Shown here piece after piece: positions 37,214-45,713 of a stretch of DNA of 45,713 nucleotides (positions are counted from its first letter, which is position 1; each line of letters begins with the position of its first letter). The position numbers and the translations under genes are program-made. The stretch comes from Priapulus caudatus (lineage: Eukaryota). The stretch covers positions 110,264-155,976 of the forward strand of contig NW_014577072.1 of NCBI RefSeq assembly GCF_000485595.1. The letters run 5' to 3'. Below the pieces are notes generated by a model. That model saw nothing but the letters and a program-made list of their open reading frames with translations, did not search any database and had not been told where the DNA came from.

Positions 37214-37745
37214 ACTAGAGCACTCGGAGAGCGCAGACCTCCGCCAAGTACAGTGATGATATCATCGTATGAGCGACATAGGGCTCATACATATTGACCT
37301 GGTTTCACATTGCAGTTCTACGTTTGCTGGTGCTGGTTTCAGTTTGTTACAATTGGCGAAACTTATGATAAAATGTACCTGGTTTGCGTTTCTTATCGAA
37401 TGGCATTGCAGCATTTGTTAACACCTACAAGCAATATTGCAATGATGACAATTTTTATTAATTTTATTAATTAATTAATTGATTAAATAATTAATTGGAA
37501 TTAATTAATCAATGCTATAAGTTACCTCATTTCTGACCTATCCTGAAAATTTAATTAATTAATTAATTAATTGGATCCGGATCACCACCAAAGTGTAATT
37601 AATGCTAAGTTACCTCATTTCAGACCTATCCTGAAAATTTTATTACAATCCGTTCATAAATTTTTCAGTTAGGCTCTACACAAAGAAACCCACAAACGCA
37701 CGCCGGTGAAAACATAACCTCCTGCCAACCCCTTGGCGGAGGTAA
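37214..37745 (-). mobile_element. HINE / Helentron-like non-autonomous element
   Basis: Subterminal inverted repeats ACCTCCGCCAAG / CTTGGCGGAGGT, terminal hairpin GCACTC-GGA-GAGCGC next to ACTAG, and AAAACATAACCTCC at the other end. Confidence 0.78.
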
Positions 37746-39757
37746 TAATATTGGGGCGCGTCGAGTTAGTAAAACAACAACAGTTAGTCACACAAATACA
37801 ATCCGTAAACCTGCGTTACGTCTCGTAAAGTACATAGAATGCACTACGTGTTTATCATATAATTACCAACAGAGTTTATGTATACGATAAAAAGGAGTTT
37901 ATCACAAAAGTACTATGTTTAAAAGAGTTTAGAGAAAAAGCACGGCAATACGATAAAACACGAATACGATAAGACAATCCTATTGATACATACCACAGGG
38001 AGAGCCAGAGGTTGGTTCTACCGTCTATCGGAAAGTTGTCTCTATATATACCATTTTTCACTGACCACGTGATTTAACTAGGACCACGAGTTTTGGCAGT
38101 GTATGTTAATTAGTTTCAGAGATATGCCTAGCCTTGGTCAGCTTGACCACTAGTCCTTGGTCGTACCAATTGTTTGTAGGCTAATTACTTATTTACGATG
38201 TCGACCTTGCTGCTGTTTGTAAAGCTAGCAAGGGTTAATTTCTGGCCTAGGCGCGTCCCATGCTTGTCAATCATTTCTTAATCACCTTCTTTCCAACGCG
38301 CGGTTTTAACTTATAATAACTTTCGCTTCATTACATCAGGGCACCATTGCGAAAATGTGCACATAGTAAAACAGTGTATCGCCTTTCATTGTATTATGTA
38401 GTGGGCCTACCGTGCATACGGCAGGTGATGAGTAAAACAAAAGGTATACGCCCTACCTTGGCTAATAGGCTGACTCGCCACTTCTCTTTTCACACTTATT
38501 CTTTACTTCCGCTTTCTTCTGACGCCTCACCTCCTAAGCAACCGCCCACAAACAAATCTCAATTTACCTCGTTCTCCACCTCCCTATCACCCACCTAATT
38601 ATCTCCCTCTCTATCGACCTGTCCTCACCTCCGACCAATATCCTTTGCGTTTCTCTTTAGTTTTCCTCCCAATTATTAATCTTCTACATAGATAGGTCTC
38701 AGCCACTCACTGTTGCACTGCATTTCCCTTCCAATGTTCATTTTATCGACATCTGGCTTCCTTCCTTATGAACCCACTATTTTTCGGGCTCCAGCTTCTC
38801 CTCCACATTCATCCACCTTCAGCCGAGATCTTACCAATTGGATCAGAAAAGCGAATAAGGGACAGAAACCTAATTAGTGTGTGCGTGTGCGTGCGTAAGT
38901 GCATGCAAAATATTCAAAAAATTTCAACTTCAACAAACATATAAATATATATTCAAAAAACTTATATTGAAGTATTAAGCTTTATGAGTAGATATTTACA
39001 ATGCATTGTAGTAATTCATAAACAAAAACATTCCACATTATTATTATTAATATACATATATATCAAATCATAAACATCAATATTATACCAAATAGATTAC
39101 TTAATATTTTCAAAATGTTTTTGTTGACTCATTCTACTGATATATAAGCATAGATATTTACAATACATAATAATAATAATCCCTAAATAGAAACATTCCA
39201 CAATCATTATTGATATTATTTATATATTACTATACATATATACATATATACCTATAATCATATCAATTCAATATTACTCAACAGATTAGATTAACATTTA
39301 CAATACATTAGATTAGATTAGATATTTACAATACATTGTATTATTTCCTGAACAAAAACACGCCACATAAACATTAATAATATTATATATATATTACTAT
39401 ACATATATACATATAACCAGAAGTGAATAATAGAGATATCTATTATTCACTCCTGATATAACCATATCAAATCATGAAAACAAAATCATACACAATTTTA
39501 ATTTCGTCTCTCATTTGCTTTATGCATTTACTATACTTAAACATATATAATTATATAATATTATGAACATGGTAATGAATATTATATCGAACAAATAACG
39601 TAAAAAGCATAAATTTAATTTAAATATTTTCTCTATATTATGCATCTATACTTTCTCCAGCTGTCCTATTTGGTGTCCTGTTTGGTATCCTATGCAATAC
39701 AATTCCAAATTGTTTTCAAGACATAGAAAGAGCCAAATGTAGGACTACGCACGTGCG

Positions 39758-39793
<36 letters not shown>

Positions 39794-40867
39794 GTGTACA
39801 TTTATACATAATTCTATTTGTTAGGGAGAAGTTAAAAACTCGGTTAATATCTGAATATATTTTTTGCAAACGTGATACTAAAACGACAGCTTAGTGCAAC
39901 TAGGCAGTTTATGGTAAGAAATTAGCTCAAACACTAACTTTTGTAACACTATACCTACCTCCACCCCCCTGCTTTCTATGTCATCACGCAGTTTGGCTAC
40001 GGCTTGAGCATCTACATCTACATCTATAATACTATATAGTTAGGTGGATCTGTCGATAGTGCATGAGAGCACGTCTAGGCTGTTCCAAAACAGAGCATGC
40101 AAATGTGTGTATAAATAATCTTGCGTATATACATACGCACGCACGCACGCACGCACGCACTCATGCACGCGCGCGCACACGCTCTCGCGCGCACACATAC
40201 GCACACTCATACTCGCACGCACATACGACCACCCTAGATACAAACGTAGCTACCAGTATTCAGCTTAGCAGTGACGATTTGACCAGAGATATACACTACA
40301 GTAGTGGATTACTGAAATCAATTTAATGCAATGAACACTACATGCTACACGTTTTATGTCTGCGCGCGTTTGAGTCCACGTGCGTGCGTGCATGCATAGG
40401 TGTGCGTGCGTGCGCGCGTGCGTGCGTGCTTACGATTTTGCGTGTGCGTTTGCATTTGCGTACGTCTGCCTGCCTGCCTGCGCAATTTCACAAACACCTC
40501 GCTCTGCTCAGACAATTCTTCTCGCGGTGGTTTCTAATCCGCTGACAGCGAAGACGACGACGATAATAATATTAGCTGTTCAGTATGCACCGGAATGTAA
40601 TCATAGTTGTCTCCACGTAGCTGCCAGTTGTTTCCACAATTTTATACTGGCTGGTTTAACATAATGCTATTTATTAACACGTTGGACGTTTTACTATGTG
40701 CACACAGTTTGTTGCTATTATACGTATCAGATTAAACTCTCGCTCCTTATTCGTCCACCTCAACAACCTTCTATATACGCAACACAGTGAAAAGGACCCG
40801 CGACTGCTAAACATACGATTATATTACATACATATAATTCATGGTTATGGCTACTGTCGTCATTTAC

Positions 40868-41100
40868 AGGGTTATTGTTAGGGTTGGCGTTAGTGTTATG
40901 GTTAGGCTTAGGATTAAGGTTAGGGTTAGCGTTAGAGTTAGGGTTGGCGTTAGTGTTATGGTTAGGCTTAGGATTAAGGTTAGGGTTAGCGTTAGAGTTA
41001 GGGTTAGTGTGAGGGTTAGGATTAGGGTTAGGGTTAGTGTGAGGGTTAGGATTAGGGTTAGGGTTAGGATAAGGATTATATGGGTTAAGGTTATGCGTTA
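40868..41100 (+). repeat. Degenerate TTAGGG-like repeat with a 60-bp higher-order duplication
   Basis: GGGTTGGCGTTAGTGTTATGGTTAGGCTTAGGATTAAGGTTAGGGTTAGCGTTAGAGTTA occurs twice in tandem. Confidence 0.88.
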
Positions 41101-41354
41101 GTTGCTATGCAATTATTCTGACATAACCACACAGATGTAATGCCCGAATCCAATTTCCTAATCCCCAATTGCGATTCACCAACATTGCAGCAGTACATCC
41201 CCAGTACATCACAACTGCATTTTTATTTTCCCAGTGTTGACAGTACCGTTGTCGTCGTAACAGATCTAGACAACAGTGATGCATAGCATCATTTCTCATC
41301 CTTACTGCGCGTGTGAATTCTTCCATTGTGCTCATTTCCATGTGCCTCTCACGT

Positions 41355-41600
41355 ATAAGTATCTGTTTGTATGCGTGCGTGCTCGTGCGCGTATATCTGT
41401 ATGTTTGTATGCGTGCGTGCTCGTGCGCGTATATGTATCTGTTTGTGTGCATGCGTGCTCGTGCGCGTATATCTGTATGTTTGTATGCGTGCGTGCTCGC
41501 GCGCGTACAAGTATCTGTTTGTGCGCGTGCGTGCTTACGCACGTACACGTATTCACGGATGTGTAGCGATCTGTTTGCGCACGTATACGTTTTTGGGCAT
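41355..41600. repeat. ~38-40-bp minisatellite (TATCTGTTTGTATGCGTGCGTGCTCGTGCGCGTA)
   Basis: Read directly. Confidence 0.9.
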
Positions 41601-42282
41601 GTACAAGTAAGTACACGTATACTATAACCAGAAGCCAAAAAATCAAACGTAATTTTTGGTCCTGCAGTCTCTGTTTCCTCCATCGGCCGTCGGTGATTTG
41701 ATGCCTCTATTATGACTGCAAGATAAACACGGAGAATAAACACATCTGCAGTAAATAAATGCTAGGTAGGCGAAATACAAACAACAGAATACCCAGTGTC
41801 TTTAAATATATTTTGGTATATAGGAAATAGCAACATGGAAATAAATCAATGTGCGAATATATGTGTGCACACATGTAACGCGTTCCTCACGCTCTGCTAT
41901 GCTGTTGTTAAAAATTCTCCACACACGTTACGTTCAAGGTTTTCTCCTATATAGGAACAGGGACTTACATATTGGCATCTTGCGAGAAGATATTCTGATA
42001 TCAGTGCATGCCACTGCCTTTTCCTGTGTAGCCACTTCCGTGTCTTTCGCGTTCATTCACTAGCGGTGTTGTGATGCCACTGACTGCCAAGTCACCTGCT
42101 GCCACCTGGTAACAGGCTGTATCAAAAATTTATTCAGCGCGACATAGATGAAAAGCTTCATCACTGGCTACTAGAAAATATTAATATCAATCTTGTAACC
42201 TCATAAAGATTCATCTTGCTTATATTCTAAGGCTTGTCTCGAAGATGGAGCTAGTAGATTAGCACGATTGATCAAACTTGTA

Positions 42283-42690
42283 AGGTACGTGGCATCGCGT
42301 GAGGGCTACAGCAAACATTCACTCATTGCCTCGCTCATTTGCACGCGCAATACATTAAGCGGATACGGTTTTTCGGTTAAATATCTTTCGCTTGTATATA
42401 TGTAAACCTCGACACGCTGAAAAGTCACAGTGAAACCTCGTACTTACCAGTCACAATTTATGATTGAATCAGTGGCGCCATTTCCACGCTCCCTCGGCCA
42501 CCGGTCGGGGATAACCTTTTGAACTGCAATGAAACAAAATAGAAGGCGATATGAACTATGAGTATCCATTAGAATGGTCTAGTAGGCACTACTCGTTTAG
42601 AATTTAGCAGTTCTGATCCGACCTTTAGACGCTATGATTTTTAAGATTAAATTTCCAAAAAACATCTCTGCTTGCATTTAATAAAATTTA
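42283..42690 (+). repeat. Long direct repeat 1 (~400 bp) upstream of the transposase remnant
   Basis: Colinear with 44021-44433, sharing CTCGGCCACCGGTCGG, AACAAAATAGAAGGCGATA, TAGGCACTACTCGTTTA and AATTTAGCAGTTCTGA. Begins TAAGGTAC. Confidence 0.85.
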
Positions 42691-42887
42691 GCCATCAGCA
42701 ATATGTCAGCCATGCAGGAAATTGCTAAAGATAGAGCAGGGAAATCGATAGTGATTCGCTCGAATAACAAGAAAACCCTATATCATACCGGGCGTAGCAG
42801 GACACTACCGAGGTCGATGCAATCTCCGATGATGCCCCGGTAGAGTGCTCTTGGAATGACTTCCGACTCTGCTGTTGTTTACTACAA

Positions 42888-43990
42888 ATGCGCCAGCACG
42901 ACGGAGGCAACCGGTCGACCGGCGTAAGGTTGCTCAGACATTTTCCAGAGTCTTCGCGAGAGGCTTGCATGAGCCGCCACCTGGTGCAAAGCGAGGGCAG
43001 GGCCGACCTGAGAGATAACCGGCTATACAATAGAGCGAAGATAGTACAGCTGTGGAACCAGTCATTGCGAGGGCTCACAGTTCCACATGTGGCGGAGACA
43101 TCATGTGGGGCGACGGCGCACAGGAGCAGAGAAGCCGTCTGGTGCGAGGCACTGACGTGCGAAGTCGATAAAGCACAAACTATATGACGGAGGTGCCGTC
43201 CGCCGGCAGGTGACGAAGAACCGTAATGCCGTCGAACGTCGATCTGGAGGTGCGTCTTACGTCGACGGATATGGGCCGTGTGCGCGTAGGGCGCTTCTTC
43301 AGAACCTGGCGAGAAGAGCATGCAAGAAACTGCTAACAAGGTTGAGGCAGCAGTGGCCAAATTCAACAGGAAGGACATGGGTCTAGTGTGTGATCGAGTT
43401 AGAACATTGAATGAGGCGCGAGGCCTCTCGCCCGTCACTCCGATACGAACAGAACGACAGGCGACAAGAGGTAAAACAATCCGCTGTGGGCCGGTTCAGG
43501 TAAGACACCATTCCAATCGGCTTTGCAGTGCATATACACGGTGACGGAAAACTGATCATCGGGGTGGACTTCTTAAATAAACTGTGCAAAAAAGCAGCTC
43601 ACCTACGCGCTTCCAATAAAAACGTGATCTGTCCAAACCACCATGCACGGCCACTGCGTTCTGCAAACTTGCGTCGCGACGAATCCATTGGGGATGAGAA
43701 GTGCTATGCAGGGAGAATCATGGAAGAGCTCGCAAAGGACACGAATCCACTTTTGTGTAAATGTCATGACGACAGATGGCGCGAGAGACGGGGACAGCAA
43801 TGCGGCGATCGGTCTGCAGGAAGCTGTCGGCAACACGTCTGAAAAGGAAGAATGTGTATTGGATGTGAGAAGTCTCAACGAGAATCGGCGAAAATGCATT
43901 TCTAAAACTCACGTTAGCTCGCACACGTTCTCTCGAAAGACTGAGAAAAAAGCGAGAAAACGTGAAACGGCGAGTCGTGCCCGACCCAAG
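42888..43990 (+). pseudogene. Decayed DDE transposase, Kolobok/Mutator-like (KolobokP-like)
   Basis: Across frameshifts: NRLYNRAKIVQLWNQ; WCEALTC; KHKLY(D)EVPS; MQETANKVEAAVAKFNRKDM; LNEARG; KLIIGVDFLNKLCKKA; VICPNH; SANLRRDESIGDE; TTDG..DGDSNAAIGLQ. The H-x-C/AN-E and DGDS blocks resemble Kolobok-type transposases. Confidence 0.6.
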
Positions 43991-44020
43991 AGGACACTGC
44001 GAGGCAGAATATCGAGCGGC

Positions 44021-44433
44021 GTATATGGCACTGCGAGATAGCTATAGCAAACTCATTGCCTAATCGTGCACGCGTAATACTATAAGCTAATACGTAATAC
44101 TCTTTCGCTTGCATATATGTAAGCCTCGACACGCTTCAAGGTAACAGTGAAAAAAGTTATCCGTCTTGCCAATCACCATTTATGAATGAATTTCTGGCAC
44201 CATGTTTACGCTCTACTCGGCCACCGGTCGGCGAAAACCTCGAAATTCGTCGACTTTTTAACTGCAATAAAACAAAATAGAAGGCGATACGAACTACGAG
44301 TATCCATCAGAAGGGTGTCGTAGGCACTACTCGTTTATAATTTAGCAGTTCTGAAGTTTACCTTTTGACCCATGATTTTTAAGCATAAATTTCCCAACCA
44401 CATGTTTTCCTGTGTTTTCAATAAACTCCCCTA
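44021..44433 (+). repeat. Long direct repeat 2 (~410 bp)
   Basis: Diverged direct copy of 42283-42690; ends ...ACTCCCCTAA. Confidence 0.85.
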
Positions 44434-44440
44434 AATTCAG

Positions 44441-44740
44441 TAAAGCACAAACTTTATGACGGAAGTGCCGTCCGCCGTCAGGGAAGAAGAACCACACCGT
44501 CGATCACACCGTCACATCGGTCTGCAGGTGGGTCTCACGTCAACGAGAATTGCCTGTGTATGAAGAAGGCACGTCTTCAGCACGATGTATGTACTTCCGC
44601 CTTGCAAAAAGAGCATGCAAGAAACTGCTAACAATTAAGGTTGGGGCGGCAGTGGCCGAATCGAACAGAACGGACATGGGTCTTGTGCGCGATCGAGTTA
44701 GAACATTGAATGAGGGACGCGGCTTCTCCGCGCGGCTTCT
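44441..44740 (+). pseudogene. Second short fragment of the same transposase
   Basis: TAAAGCACAAACT...GCATGCAAGAAACTGCTAACAA...GATCGAGTTAGAACATTGAATGAGG duplicates ~43169-43430. Confidence 0.7.
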
Positions 44741-44834
44741 CATACTCAGAAATAATTATTTTTTATTATTTTATAATCTTTATTTTTTGTTATTTTATAA
44801 TCTTTTTTTCTTTTTTTTTTATCTTTTTTTTTAA

Positions 44835-45101
44835 TTACCTTTGCCAAGGAGGTTATGTTTTTGCCCCTGTTAGTTTGTTGGTTTGTTGGTTCTGATGATT
44901 TTTTTTTTGACGAGTTGGTCTTGGGCCAACAACCAATCGATTAGATATTGATGGTGATCAGGATCCAGATCTGGTTCCAGGTTTGTTTTGTTTTTTATTT
45001 ATATTTACACAAAAAGATGAAAATTCTATATTGGGTGTACCAGCGAGATGGCGGGACTGTTACGCTGTGGCAGAGGTTTGCTATCTCCGATTGCTCTTGT
45101 T
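44835..45101 (+). mobile_element. HINE-like non-autonomous element of the same family as 37214-37745
   Basis: TTACCTTTGCCAAGGAGGTTATGTTTT, a GTTT microsatellite, GATCAGGATCCAGATC, and the 3' end TGGCAGAGGTTTGCTATCTCCGATTGCTCTTGTT. Confidence 0.75.
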
Positions 45102-45518
45102 ACTAATTATTTATTAAACTTAGGTACGCACATGATACAACATTCATTTGTATTACCAAGTATCACAACTGAACACATGCGTGTTGAACAGCATATTTCA
45201 GACCGAAAACGTTAAAACATGAAAATGTAGCGCCTTAATTCAGTAATATTAAAATATTTGAATTCCAGTAAATAAATTCCAAACCTGTGATAAGCTAACT
45301 GGGTCACCTAAGTGCATGCATGCTTATTTTAATGGAAATTAATTAAAAATAGTTAAACTCTGCTAGAATCATATAGTATGATTCTAATAGGTCTGTACAT
45401 ACTTGTAAATGATGTTGTTTCACAATTTACACGCATAACAACCCTAACCAATGGTTATGTGACATAATGAAAAATACCCACTATTAGCATGGGTATATTT
45501 TTCTTAAAAGCAATATTC

Positions 45519-45713
45519 TGCACATGCACGCACGCACCACACACATGCACACACGCACTACACACATGCACACACGCACCCCACACATGCACACACGCAC
45601 CACACACATGCACACACGCACTACACACATGCACACACGCACCACACACATGCACACACGCACCACACACATGCACACACGCACCACACTCGCACCACAC
45701 ACATGCATACACG
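45519..45713. repeat. 21-bp minisatellite CACACACATGCACACACGCAC
   Basis: Read directly. Confidence 0.93.

Larger units (their letters stand above)
33716..40056. repeat. Copy B of the large tandem duplication
   Basis: Colinear with 24303-33440 minus 30461-33097; this copy has intact exons. Confidence 0.92.

Noticed and set aside
40868..41100. True telomere or telomere-healing site
   Set aside because: Short, highly degenerate and internal, with ordinary sequence on both sides.

Overview
Gapped, repeat-rich animal genomic DNA. A lophotrochozoan or similar invertebrate is inferred from the transposon families and TTAGGG-like tracts. Almost all long ORFs in the supplied track are microsatellite or N-gap artefacts. 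Coding signal I can support: (i) two + strand exons of a class A (rhodopsin-like) GPCR covering the end of TM3 to TM5 (6055-6178, 6759-7006); (ii) a complete 3-exon minus-strand gene that the ORF track does not assemble (36655-35711), encoding a 115-aa secreted single-VWC/SVWC-like protein with 12 Cys, plus an indel-ridden second copy at 26274-27215; (iii) a decayed Penelope-like retroelement (RT + GIY-YIG) with an inverted pLTR carrying a minimal hammerhead ribozyme, and a second head-to-head pair of hammerhead-bearing pLTRs at about 10.8-11.4 kb; (iv) RTE-clade LINE fragments; (v) a decayed Kolobok/Mutator-like transposase bracketed by ~400-bp direct repeats (KolobokP-like). Several MITE/HINE-type non-autonomous elements and many mini/microsatellites are also present. 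About 24.3-33.4 kb and 33.7-40.1 kb are two noisy copies of one locus on either side of a 25-N gap, most likely an assembly or haplotype duplication; the first copy carries an extra ~2.6 kb. All family assignments come from manual translation and motif recognition, not database searches.
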